DNA of 64,000 nucleotides, from NCBI RefSeq assembly GCF_037042905.1, contig NC_087245.1, positions 38,070,001-38,134,000 of the forward strand, read 5' to 3'. Of the stretch, positions 25,328 to 38,289 are shown one piece after another. A program made the translations under genes and the position numbers. The notes beneath the pieces were generated by a model that was given only the letters and a program-made list of their open reading frames with translations, was not told the origin of the DNA and searched no databases. Within the stretch, counting starts at the first letter, position 1, and each line of letters begins with the position of its first letter. This stretch comes from Lytechinus pictus. Lineage: Eukaryota.

Positions 25328-25500
25328 TTAATACGGTTTCAAAAAATTTCAGGACAATTTTTGCTGAAGATATAAAATGCAAAGGTGTTTTCATTTTGGG
25401 GTTCTTCAAAAGCCTTTGACCTGAGACATGTATAAGCCAAAACCGTAAGGCCGGTCTCCTGATTGAGCAACGAGATGGTATTTGAGGAACGATATTCATA

Positions 25501-26467
25501 GACCCCATTCTTATTTACTTCCTTAAACTAGTTTAGTGGAAACCAGTTAAGCATGTAATAAGGATGCTTGAAGCGGACTTGGAAGTGATCTTAAGTGGTC
25601 TTCCAAACCAGCATGTAAGGTGTGCTACTCAGCGCACACTGTGTAGAATGTCTATGCTGCGGTATCAACTTTTGCGCGAAACATGCAACTCCACTGAAAG
25701 CATTCCCATAGCAACAAGACCACCTTACATGAGGCGAGGTGGTTCTGGAAGCCAGTTCAGGAGATGGTGATGAGAACGCTGGCAACCAAACTTCTAAAAG
25801 TGGTTTCTTTAACTGGTTTAAAGGGGAATCCAACCCAAATAAAAACTTGTTTGTAGGGGAAACAGGAAAATCAGACAAGTTTATACAGTAGGTAGAAGTT
25901 TGAACAATATAGGACAAACAATAAGAAAATTATGAATTTTTAAAAGTTGTACATATTGGTAATCACTATACCCATGGAGAATTCAAACTGGCCGTATATA
26001 GTCATAGTGATGTAAGGCAAGGACTACAGTTCCATGTACTCCAATACATAAAATGGCTAAAATGTAATTTTTTCCAAAAATATTATTTCAGATTATATTT
26101 TTCTTTCATGAGGACATAAAACAATATACTACCTGGGTTATATTAATAGATTACTGCCCCAGGGAAATGGGTACTTAGACGAAAACCACAAATCCCTGAT
26201 AATTACATAAGTACATGGCCTATGGGAAAGTTGTCTTTGCCCCTTGCCATAAATATAATTTACTTACCCAGTTGCCAATTTGAAATCTACATAGTCCTAG
26301 TGATCTCAATTTTAAAGAAGCTATAAATTTCTTATTGCTTGTCCGATTTCAGTCAAACTTTCACCATTTTGTTTTATTTATTTTTCTCCTTTCCAACACA
26401 ACATTTTATGACAAAGACTGGAATCCCTTTTAAGGAAAACCAGTTCAAGAAAGATAAGAACAGGGTC
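25501..26467. mobile_element. Palindromic MITE interrupted by a TTAA-inserting element at 25822-26429
   Basis: GACCCCATTCT / AGAACAGGGTC ends; uninterrupted sibling at 43147-43607; insert has AGGGGAATCCA ends and TTAA TSD. Confidence 0.7.
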
Positions 26468-26563
26468 AAATTGATAGTGGGTATAACAGGCCTGGGCATA
26501 GAAATGTGTTTCTAACTGGGAATGGTAGCTAAACTGTAATCAAAGTGAAATATGAATATCTAC

Positions 26564-26660
26564 CTTTCTTCTTGGGTGACACCTCTGGTAACCTGAGAGG
26601 CTTGTAATCAGCAGAGATCTCTGGTAAGTTGAAAGTGATTTCCTGATGTATATCCTCAAG
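26564..26660 (-). CDS. ELOA: Elongin A coding exon 5
   Basis: LEDIHQEITFNLPEISADYKPLRLPEVSPKKK (LP.I...Y.PL motif); AG/GT boundaries. Confidence 0.85.
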
Positions 26661-27084
26661 CTAATAGTGCATTCGAGAGACAAAACAAAAACATGACAAT
26701 CATTTTATATATATAGAATGTATATTCATCAGCTGGGTTAAACTGTAGAGATATACCTATATGGAGGAAGTACATATTCTACTGCCAACTGTAAATTAAA
26801 GAAATATGGAACCATATTCACATTCTTCCCTATCGTGAAAAAACATAGCGACATTAATTCATGTATGCTTATGTTTGAATATCAGTGAAGAATTTCCGTG
26901 TATCTTAATGTCAAACACGTTTTGAATTTATTTTGTTTAAAAAAAAATAAATGTACTTTCCAATTGTGTAGAAGTGGGAGTCAGAAAAAAAAAATTACAC
27001 CTCATAAATCCCCAATGCTAAGAAGAATTATTATGTCATGAACCAAGTACTGTATGTTATCCCAAATAATTTGACAACATATTT

Positions 27085-27891
27085 TAGGGACAGTGATTTT
27101 CCGCGATCGCGGAAAACGGACGGAATTCACGGAAAGGGCCTTTTGAAACGGAAAGTGGCATTTCAAACGGAAAATCACGGAAAACGTATTTTCCCTCAAA
27201 ATACACAGAATAGCAACAGAAATTACTCCAAAATCACAACAAAATGAGAATATTAAATGGCCACAAAACCCCATAAAACACGATCTCACTTCGCTACTAT
27301 CATGACAATTCACACATCGTGACTGCACTCGACATCAGCACACTCGATTGTACCCCGCACCCGTCCCGTACCCGGCGCGGCGCGGCCGGCCAGGTTGGGC
27401 TTCACATGCACACATATCGTTCAACTACACGGTCGTGTGTTGCTGCCCTCTACGTTTGAACATGTAACAGCACGATATCGTGGTCTTAAAATCCAAGATG
27501 GCGGATTGGCAAAAGCCGTTGACTGATGATAACGATGTCCAAAAAACCCCAAAATTATCGATGAAATATCATTTCACCGTGAAATAATGCTAATAATGTG
27601 AAAGGTGAGGATGTATGCATGCTAAATGGGTTTGTAAAAATATTTTATGCACCCGCATAGATCCGATTAGAACGGATTCTATTGTGTTGTTGGTACAGTA
27701 GCAGATACAAATTTTGATCAGTGCGATTCAATGTGATTTTGCTATTCAATGTGTAAACGGAATTGTCACTTTTCCGTGTGTACAAAGTCTATGGGGAAAC
27801 GGAATTTCCGTTTTCTGACATGCTGAAACGGAATTTGAGATTTTCTGAAACGGAAAAGGCAATTTTTTTAAACGGAAAATCACTGTCCCTA
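27085..27891. mobile_element. hAT-like non-autonomous element with 6-bp TSD
   Basis: Perfect 19-bp TIR TAGGGACAGTGATTTTCCG, subterminal ACGGAA repeats, ATATTT on both flanks. Confidence 0.8.
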
Positions 27892-28498
27892 ATATTTATA
27901 TAGTATATGTTTATGCTTGAATCATCAGTAGGTGTTTTTTTGCTGTGATGAATATTTTTATTTGCATCAAAGTAAGGCATCACTGCAATTAATGAATCCA
28001 GATGTCAATGAAGTCTTAATCCTACAAGAGTCGTGCAGCAAAATACATTGCAAAATATGTTTTCATTAAATGATATCAAAATTGTTTAATACCGGTAAAC
28101 ACTTTTCAGTATCAACTATCATGATAATTTTATAGAAAAGGAGAATGCAATGATATTCACTGCATCTCATGTAGGATAATGACATCATTGGCATCTGCGT
28201 TTTATTTATTGCAGCCATGCCTTTCTTTGGTGCAAAACATAATTCACATCACAGTAAAGAATACCTCCTGATTATATTTCAGCATAAACATATACCACAT
28301 AAATATGGTATCAAATTGTTTTGAAGAAGATTTGTTTGTGCCATTCGTTCATGCCATACACAATAAATAAGTGTTCATGGCATATCTTTTTCTTTAAATT
28401 GGTGATTTGTGAGGGGTAAAATTTTTCTGACTACCACTGTACAGTGTGTAATGTGGAAACGTAAGTGAAATGAAGCAAATGGAATAAGGATAGAACAC

Positions 28499-30073
28499 CT
28501 TTGGTACCTTTTGCATTGATGACATTGGATCGCTCACCTGCGTCCATCTCTTACTTCTTTCATCATTGGAGGATACTTTCTTGCTTCCGCTTCCAGAAGT
28601 GCTTGCTGATTTACCCTCCTTCTGAGTCTTCTGAGAGACATGCTTTGATGATGCAGAATCCCTAGCATGTGATGACGAGGATTGTTTGGATGATGGTTTC
28701 TTTGATGAGGAAGACATTGACGATTTCTTACTGGAATCTGTTGCACCAGTGTTCAACGGCTTTCCAGGTTTCTTTACTTTGTTTGAGGTAGGCACTGGAC
28801 ACATAAGGATGTCTCCAAATGACAAGCCAGTGTTGACGAAGGTTTTATCGCCTTCGCTAATCCTACGCTCTCCAGAGGAAAGCTTCCTCTTTACTTTCGG
28901 AGCAGGGTTTTTCTTGGAAATCGACTTTGATTCAGAGTCGTCATTTGATTTTATACTTGTTTTACTGGACTCTGACTTACTCGACACTTTGTTAGAAGAT
29001 GGCAAAGTCTTGGTATTTTTGGGTGATTTAGAGGCTATTCTACCGTGCTCATTTTGAGCAGATTTTTCAGCAGTTCTTGATGATTCAGAAAACCCTGTTG
29101 GGGTTTTAAGAGAGGCACTTCCTGGTTTCTTCTGAGAAGATGTTTTGGTCGATGGAGAAGCTGACATTGATGGCTTAGACACGGATGTGGTCTTTGCTTG
29201 TGATGAGACTTTGTTTGTTCTGCTACTAGTACTCTTGTGGTTCATAAAAGAATCATCTACATCATCCACCATGTCTAGAAAACTTGATTCTGACTCTTTC
29301 ACAGAAGTGCTTATAACCCTTAAATCTGATGCTTTAGCTTTTGTTTTCCCTTGATCGCTATTTGGATTACTCTTCTTTTGAGTGTTTACTTTCAAATTCT
29401 TCTCACTGATATTTGTATTTCCTGATGATGATGATGGTGTAATGGTCTTCCCAAGTTTGGTTAGCTTAGAAGGGGAGCCAGTTTGATCTCCTTCCCGGTG
29501 TTTCTGTTTTTGGACCGGACTCTTGGTCAGAGAACTCGCAGATGAACTTCCAACCCTGCTAGGGCTTGGAAACAACGCTTGAGAGAAACTATCGTCCTCC
29601 GGTGGTTTCTTTTTCACGACCTTAGAAGTGTCTCTAGTATCCGACGGATGCCTCTCCTCTGTCCTCCTTTTCTTGATATGAGATGACGGAGTTGTACTTG
29701 AGGATGTCTTTGGCAAGTCTTGGCATCGACTTGGAGAGGGTTCACGAGACCTTTTTGATGGTACCTGTTCTTTCCCAGTTCTAGAATCTCTGTCCTTCAA
29801 AAGATATTGATTTGAAGAGGGCTTCGATTTGGAGTCCCTGATAGGTTGAGGAGATGTAGGCGAGGAAGGGAAGCTGTCACAGGGTGAGCTTGGTTCAGGA
29901 CTATAATCATTTCTCTCTATCTCATCCTCTGATTCACTGGAACTACTACTATCATCCGATTCCTCGCTTTCATCCCCCGATTCCTCATCTGATGTCCCAG
30001 ACTGTGGAGAGGGCGACGGGTCACGTTCCGGAGAAGCTTGGGTTTTCTCTTCTGCTTCCATCGCTACTCTCAC
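28499..30073 (-). CDS. ELOA: Elongin A coding exon 4 (large Ser/Lys-rich disordered region)
   Basis: About 525 open codons after ttctgtccag acceptor; contains GLSFGDIL motif; donor at 28499 or 28508 (both in phase). Confidence 0.85.
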
Positions 30074-30869
30074 CTGGACAGAAAATAAATATAATAATGA
30101 AAAACAATCATCTCAATGATATTAGAACAAGGTGTCTTGTAACTTTTCCTATCATACAGAGCCATGTACATGACTTTAAAATATCTGGGGGTTTCACACA
30201 GAGTATTTGACTCTGAAAGACATGGCTAGGTGCCGAAGCATACACGATATATCTAAAATATAATCTCATTGATATAGGACTGCAAACATTTGAAAATGAA
30301 AATAAGAGGAGTCCTAATCAGGTAAAAGCTGCATGCAAGCCTCAATATAAATGACAAGAGTCATATACCAGATAAACATTGCCTTTTTCCTTATCCTGCA
30401 TTGCCACCCCCCCCCTACACTACCAGTCACAATTCTTTGACTACATGTTATACCTGTTTCACCAGAGAATAGATTCGCTCCAATGAATCTATTGTTCTCT
30501 TGTGAAACAGGTAAACAGGTAAACAGGTAGTCATTGTAAAATATCAACAGCAACTGAACACACTTTGGCCCAAAAAAAAAGAGAGAGAGAGATATTCTTT
30601 CATCAAAATAATAAAGAGAGAGCATAGTCCAGCATGTACATTATCCCTCTGACATTGTGAATACCAATGTAAATACCGATGCACTGGTACACCTCTATCA
30701 AAGTAGACAGACATCCTGTTTTACATGTACATACTTCATTTATTATAGACAAAGCACTAAAAAGGAAATAAAGGATGTATCTGTCAGAATTCTAAATTTC
30801 TCTGTGAGTTCCATAGATGATTCTGATATCATCCATTGATTATAAAACAGATATTCAGAATGAACTCAC

Positions 30870-30965
30870 CAATTCCTTCCAACTTTGCACTAATTGTTTC
30901 ACAGCTTCGGTAATCTCTCCTCCTCGTTTCCGCAACTTGTTCACAGCTTTGCCAACTCCCGTTTC
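30870..30965 (-). CDS. ELOA: Elongin A coding exon 3 (TFIIS N-terminal domain)
   Basis: ETGVGKAVNKLRKRGGEITEAVKQLVQSWKEL; AG/GT boundaries. Confidence 0.93.
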
Positions 30966-31822
30966 CTAGAAAATACACGACAGTTAGCTAGCAAAACTAT
31001 ATGCTGCATAATGTTTAATATTAGAAATATGATTCTATATGTGAAAAAGATTGAAACTAGTGAAATTGTAATTTTACCTAACTTCACCTGAATCTCAAGT
31101 TACTGTGAATGAATACCATTTAAATGAATTACATTCAAGACTTTTTTCTAAATTAAACAGAACAATTTTCTGAGTCTTACTAATGATTGTTAGACTGTGA
31201 AACCGATTCACAATGAAAGTACTCCAGTCTATAATGTCAGCCACTACGACTGCTTAACATAGACGTACAATGTTTCATAGGTAATTGCTTATATGCCAGC
31301 TTGGCGTTTACCATCAAAACACTGTCTTGCCGAGTTCCTACGGGAGTTACCATATCAGAAACAGAAGATTAATATATTGTTGTTTTCTTGTCGGGCCATC
31401 TAAAGCTTCGGCAAGAGCATGAATGAGATATGATGCTTACATGTGCAAAATTGAAATTATATATATATGCAAGTACCAAAATGTTATGAATGGAAACTTT
31501 TTCTCACAACTGGATAAAGGAGGCTGTTTACTTTTAACTAAAAGCAAACTTATATGAAGTTTGAAGAGCAAACTGTTGGCTTAAAGAAAATTACATGTTT
31601 TAAAATGATATTTACGACTGTCAAAATCCAACTATGCAGTTCTTTTTCTTATCTTGTAATGTTTTGTATCATAATTGCAATTTTATATTTCACATCATTA
31701 ATTGCTAAATTTTTACCCTTGGAAGTTCTGACAAAATGGGGTGATATTTGTATGTTTTCTTGGAATTGAATATTCTATCCCAAATATGGGGTAATACACG
31801 AGGAAAAAAAATGCAGTCTCAC

Positions 31823-31879
31823 CTGTAAAACTCTTACTGTAATTGGTAGACTATCCAGCCTTTTAAGAATCCGCAAGAT
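31823..31879 (-). CDS. ELOA: Elongin A coding exon 2
   Basis: ILRILKRLDSLPITVRVLQ; AG/GT boundaries, phase 0. Confidence 0.92.
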
Positions 31880-32529
31880 CTGTTAACAAATAGAAATCAT
31901 AAGTGAAAAAGTTGGTTTCACTTGATATATATTCAGATGCTGCCAGGTTTTTTGTATCTTTCAAGACTGGGGGGGGGGGGGCTTTCTGAATTATTTACAT
32001 CAAATAAATTTGATGTTTACTGGTATTACAAATCAGTCTTTAAAGTGAAAGAATCAAAACTGGTACAGGTTGAAAAAAATTTAGACTAATTTTACGTAGC
32101 TTTTCAGATCATTCATTTATGATGAAAATAGTGACAAACATAATAAGTTGATTGTGTTTATCATTAGAATAATTTACATTAAAAAAAATCAGAATACAGA
32201 AACATAGCCTTCACTAATTTTCATTTTGATACAGAAAAGACTGATATGAAACCTAGGTATTGAAAAGGCCTACAGCACTAATATTCTGGATTATAGTCGA
32301 CCTGTACCTTAAATTTTGACTTTTTAAAAAACTGATCTCTAGGTTTTAATAGTAATATTGTCTGCTGTTACTTTCAAGTTTAATGAATACTGATTGCAAA
32401 GTAATTACCATCTTGTCCGCACAAACAACCCTTTCGGATATAGTCTGAAACAATACCAGTTTACGTTGAATAACGCACACTTTGAACAAAAAGCCTATCC
32501 GACACTCGTCTCAAAAGGGTGCATTAATG

Positions 32530-32965
32530 CAGACCTGCCAACCTCTGGGAATGAAAAACTGTATTTTGTGATTAAAAAAAATGTATTTTTCCCAAAAAAA
32601 GTGTATTTCATAATAAAATGCTTGGCGCACTCGCTCATCGCGGCGCTCAAGCGGCATGCAAGCTAAAATGCGCACTGCTCTTGCAGATGAAAAAAACAAC
32701 ATTAAAACATGTGTATATCTTCACCCTGGTTTGAACAAAATGATTGAAAAAAAAAACAAGTTACCTGAAATTACATTGATCTAATATCCATATTTGTGCA
32801 CGTTTTATGAAATAGAGACATATAGAGATTATTTTTCTCAATAAATCACGATTTATTATTTTTTTTTTTTACAAAAAACATATTTTTCAAAGAAAAAACG
32901 TACTGCCGTATTTTGGTTGCAAAAGCGTACTAAATATGGCTAAAACGTACTGGTTGGCAGGTCTG
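32530..32965. mobile_element. hAT-like MITE with 6-bp TSD
   Basis: 14-bp perfect TIR CAGACCTGCCAACC; TTAATG on both flanks. Confidence 0.8.
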
Positions 32966-35748
32966 TTAATGTGCTATTCTGTTCTCAATGGGTGATTTCT
33001 TTAAGCAAGGTGTTGTGACAACACCAACGCCAGCCACAACACCGTACTTGAAATGATGCTGGTGTGGAGATTGACCTCGGAAAATATGGCGTACTTCCGG
33101 CAGTTTGTGTTGAGTGCTGGTGTTGAATGTCATCTGCTGAACTGAGCATCACAGCCGGTGTTGACGATATAAGTGCAATTTCCCCATTCACCAACACCAA
33201 CCCTGAGGGATTGGGGAAATCATGTTTTCAAGTTCGGTGTTGGTGATTGGAAGCCCGGGAACAGGTGGCAAACAGGATGAAACATCCCCGAGGAGGGGGA
33301 GGGGGCACTTTATTAGCATAAATTTATGATACATATGAACTGTGGTTGAGACTAGGCCCGTTTCGGGTACACGTGTACACGCACGGTCAAGTCAGTACAC
33401 GTGTACTGAATTCCATGACCATGTACACGGTAGCATCTGCATAAGACTTGCGTGGGAGTTGTAAACAAGTGAACAAGCTCACAGCCTCACATTAATTCTA
33501 AGTTTTCATACGCTACACAAGTTTCAATCACTAAAATTCCACTTTCATACCCACCCTTGAAGTTTTTATTTGTGCAAGAAGCCACAGCGCTCACTCAAAA
33601 GTAACCATATAATTCCCTGGTGAAACAGTAAAAAAGATCAGCTTGAATTTCCCTGACACAAGTTTAGCCACACACTCACTCGCATTCATGTTACAGCTCA
33701 CATCAACATGTTCGTCGAAGGTTCAAAGTTTGTTGACCTCAAGACATCTCGTAACTTTTCTGACGTCATTGTTTTGACCTTTCTCCCCCCTCTCTCTTAT
33801 CTTAATTACGTCTCTCACCTAACCATTTAAACCCTCCTCCCCTTGAATTATTTTTCTCTGCCGTCTCTTATTCTTTCTTTCTTGTCTCCACAGTCCCGTA
33901 ATTCCCCATCTCTCCCTTCCCTTCTCCTCCACGCCGATCAGGTTGTTTTTCTCTCCCCCTCCCTTTCTCAGTCTTTTTCCCTTGTCTCTGACTGTTAGTC
34001 TGTCTGTACCCCATCTCTCTCCCCATGTCTCTTTCACTCTCTCCCCTCCTGATGAACTCTCTACTATTACGCAAAGGGCCCATTGATAGAAAGCATGGTC
34101 TGTAGACCCGCCCTTTGTTCAGAGCGGGTTCAGTAAGGGGTCAACTCCAGTTGTGGATTGCGCAATAAATTCATGTTACAATCAAATTGCGCTTCTGTGT
34201 GTGACTGTGTGTGCAGGGATAGGAGTGTACACTGTTTGCAGTAACCATGCCTCGATAGCGATCGAGTGGCAGTTATGTCAGTGTCATCTCTCCGATCTCC
34301 CGCACAAACTTTCAAGTGATCGAGATTGGCGTTTATAATATCAAAGCAATCTACAGTCATTTTTTAACACTTTATATTTGTGTATAAGAAAGAAAAATCA
34401 AGTGAAAAAAATGTATTGTAACCATCAGTTCATGAATTAATGGTGGAAATTCAGACAACACAAGTTATCATACACTGTATTTAACATAGCTGGCTGTTTG
34501 TGTTTAGAACGTGTACACGACCAAAAGCTCCCCACACCCACAGGTAGCTAGCCCTTAACTGTTCTTCGCAAACATTACAGATGCATATCGAGGATATCGC
34601 GTCTGTAACGTTGGCGAAGAACAATAAGAAACAACATGGCGGCATGAACATCGAGCAAGATTCCCCCGTCTTTTCATATTTTTCTCTTTTTAATGAATTC
34701 TTGTTTAAAAATGAAATCAATATCGTAGAAATGTCGGAAATGAAATTGTATCCCATTTACATGATTTAGGGCTAGGTACGGTAATACTTAAGGAAAGTAG
34801 AAATCTCGGGGGCGAAAGTTCCTGTTTTTTTTGCAGTACACGCACATGAATGGGACGCAATCCCTGGCTCCATGGAGAGTAAGCCTACATTAGTAGAATG
34901 ATTTTTACTCTCCAGGAGCCTCCTAGCTAGGCAGGGCCAGGGGACTGCGTAGACTTAACTTACACTGACATGATTGACTAGGCAGCTAACCCACCCATGG
35001 GTTCATTTCATCTCGCGTGCGAAGGAATATCAAATGCACGCGACACATGCAAATCTTTCATGGGCTTTTGCCCAAATGAAAGATTATTATATTAAAGTTA
35101 GAATTTCACATTGCGCTATGACACTTGCCGAACCATATGGATCCTTTGGTGACTTCTCTTTGCTGTTTTTTTAAATAAAAAGAGGACTTTTTCTTGATCT
35201 TCACGTAGATGCCTTTTGATCAGCGACGAAATAAATTTTGGCCTAAAGAGGGCGCGCGATATTATTTATAAACCGGTTTGTTTATGGTTCTGAAGCTTGT
35301 ACTGCTAGCTGCATTCTAGGCGCTCAGCATTATTTTCTTGCTCGTTCTGTCCACTTTCATCATCATCTTGTCAAAAGATGGCGTACTGCACCTATAAGTA
35401 TATACACGAGATGCAACCTGTTGATTTTTTGGTACAATTTCCTATTATGCGCCGACGACTTGAATCGAGACTGTTCGATAGGAAAAATTTGCATTTCGAT
35501 TGTTGTTTGCGTAATTCCCATCGCAGTATTATGGATCTTCGGACGGATCGGACGGAGTATCTTGGCCGAGATTTGGAGGTAAGCATTAAAAAAAAAATTT
35601 ATAAATAATTTCGACTATATTTTTTAAATTTTTGGCGTGTTTTATTCGCTCACATTCGTGTGATGAATGAAAACGTCAAAATCCATAATCAAATAATATG
35701 CGTTGTGCGAGGTTAGTATAGCTATAACCTCGCATGCATGTGTGAGTG

Positions 35749-36516
35749 TAGACCAAAAGCTCTGTTATGTTGCTGTTCCGCTGAACTCCGCTGGCTCCAC
35801 ACACCAAATACAGAGACCGAAGTTGTAGCTCGATCTGTACAAGGATTGGCCATAAGTTTATGTATTAAGTTCGGATAAATAAGTCACTGTTTTTTCCCCT
35901 CTCAAGTTTATTTTTCCCCGTTTTGGTGCATTTCAGGCCAAAATGGAATGTTAATCTTTATTTTGGTACAGTTCTTTTTATATAGACTATGAAAATAAAG
36001 ACAAAAATCGATGAGCCCCATCGGCGTCGGGGGGATTTTGCATTGTTAACCCCCTAATGGTGGCTGCTCGATAGCTAGACCAAAAGCTTCGGTCTCTGTT
36101 ATGTTGGTTGTTCCGCTGAACTCCATTGGCTCCACTCACCAAATACAGAGACCGAAGTTGTAGCTCGATCTGTACAGGGAAATCAATGGCCATATGTTTA
36201 TGTCTTTAAGTTTGGATAAAACTGGGAAGTGAAGTTGCACGACAGCCGAAGTAAGTCACTGTTTTTTCCCCTTTTAAGTAAATTTTTCCCCGTTTTGGTG
36301 CATTTCAGGCCAAAACGGAATAATAATCTTTATTTTGGTTCAGTTCTTTTTATATATTTTTATGAAATAAAAGACAAAAATCGATGAGTCCCGTCGGGGG
36401 GATTTTGAATTAACCCCCTCATGGTGGCTGCACGATAGCGAGCCGTCTGTGTACGAGAAATTAAAAAATTAAAAATATTAAAAAACTCCTCGAAACAAAT
36501 GGCTGCCAGCTGTCTA
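35749..36516. mobile_element. Non-autonomous TAG...CTA element with internal partial tandem duplication
   Basis: TAGACC start repeated at about 36076, GTCTA end; flanks GTGTGAGTG/GTGTGAATG; single copy at 63113-63572. Confidence 0.7.
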
Positions 36517-36943
36517 GTGTGAATGCAGCTAACCTAAAGTTTAAACTTTATGATGGTGGGCCCCAAGTCTGCGCACCTAACAATTTGAGTTAAGATTTAA
36601 CATGAACTTCTTTTTATTTCACAAAATCTTTCAGTTAATAAAGTTCCTTATATTATTATGAGTAAGTGTACCAAATTTCTCATTAAAAAATGAAGGAAAA
36701 TATAGGATTTTCTTGAAAAATCCTCAGGCAGACACGGTACCCCATGTCTGCGCACTAGTTCACTTTGCACACGGTTCGGGGATTTTGATGTATTTTGAGG
36801 CCGTCACATGAAATGCCCTAAAATGCTAAATTCATTATTTTTCCACCATTTTGAGTCGGATATTTTCATGAATACCTGTCTATGTATTGCATGTGTAAAG
36901 TTCGTGCTCGTTGCGTATCTTCTTTTACTAGAGTCGCGCAGAC

Positions 36944-37317
36944 CCCGGGGGGCCAGTCAAATATATTGCTGTACACACGCGTGACCAAAAAAACACGTTT
37001 AAAGGGGTGTTTTTTCAGTTTTGGACGCGGTCCGCACGTTGACTTGTTAAGGGTATCAAAAACACTGATTTTCAAGAAAAAGGGTGGTTTTAAAAGACTG
37101 GTCAATGGTCAATCGCGGGGTCAAACGTATTTAGGGTATGTTTTTTCCCCCGAGGTCATATTTTGGCGACAACTTGTTTAGGGGCCAAAATGTGTAAAGC
37201 CAGCAAAAAACTTGTTTAGGGGGTTATTTTGCACACAGGGAAAAACTCGTTTAGGGGGTGTTTGGAAATTACACGGTCACGCGTGTGTACAGCAATATAT
37301 TTGACTGGCCCCCCGGG
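36944..37317. mobile_element. MITE with 43-bp perfect TIRs nested in an older TIR element (about 36550-37361)
   Basis: [46 protein letters not shown]; flanks GCGCAGAC/GCGAAGAC. Confidence 0.85.
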
Positions 37318-37621
37318 GCGAAGACATGGGGGACTGCGCAGACTTGGGGGAACTTGCCATAATTAATAAGTAAAAAAAAAAAAAAAGACTTAACGTCAAA
37401 CGACTCAAGACTTGACGCCGAAAACTGTTAATGAATAATGTTGTTATTGTTCATGTTGTTACGGTACTTTAATACTAATAGTGCTATATGCATGATATGA
37501 CATGTCATGATGATTCATTGAATGATTATAATTAGTAGACCCTATCTAATTAACGTTAGACTTAATCTAAGTTAGACTAGAGCCGAGGCTCTATTGACTA
37601 TTTAGTATTGTTAATACAAAC

Positions 37622-37705
37622 CCTATTGGACTCCAGCGCTGGATCGGCGTCGAGTTTGTTGAGGTTATGGTGAACAGCTGCCACAATTTCGTCGTGATCT
37701 GCCAT
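37622..37705 (-). CDS. ELOA: Elongin A coding exon 1
   Basis: AAGATGGCA start context, MADHDEIVAAVHHNLNKLDADPALESNR|gtttgt, phase 0 matching exon 2; GC-richer promoter-like DNA upstream. Confidence 0.75.
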
Positions 37706-38289
37706 CTTTATTGTTCGCCAAAAATAGGAATTCGAGCTTCCAAATGAAACTTCAAGATCAAAAGACCCGGAATAGCTGTTTATCTACTGGTTTATAATGC
37801 TGGAATTAGGTATTAAGATACGTTACATCCTTCCTTTCCTGGGCAAATTCCCCCAATCTGGTTATCCTAAATGTTTACCTTTGACCCGGACAATCCGATC
37901 CGATACGTTACACCGGTACTACCGTACCGTAGGCGCGTACCGGATAGTCTGGCGGCTAGTGCGCAGGGGGAGGGGAAAGGGGATAGGGGCGTAGGGGAGG
38001 GGTAGGTGAGGGGGGGGAGGAAGAGGGGGCGAGGGGAGAAATTTCGGAATATTCAAGATTCAGATTCCAATCCATCCATCGCATCCATTCCATTCCTTGT
38101 TTTTCAAATTTAAATCTATTGCTTTAGAGCCTTCATACAATATAAAAATTCTTTAATAAAATATTTGAACATTCAAAACATGAAAGAAGTTGGACAATTT
38201 TTACTTCAGCACATACTTTGTAGATACACACGTATACCAAAGTTGATGAATATCTTAACATTTTCAAATTGAAAACTTTTATCAATTCA

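Noticed and set aside
28394..28498. 3' part of the 559-aa ORF as coding
   Set aside because: Read-through into intron after the exon 4 donor; composition changes and downstream exons continue in phase
33819..34083. R/E/G-rich ORFs
   Set aside because: Translation of CT/GA low-complexity tract
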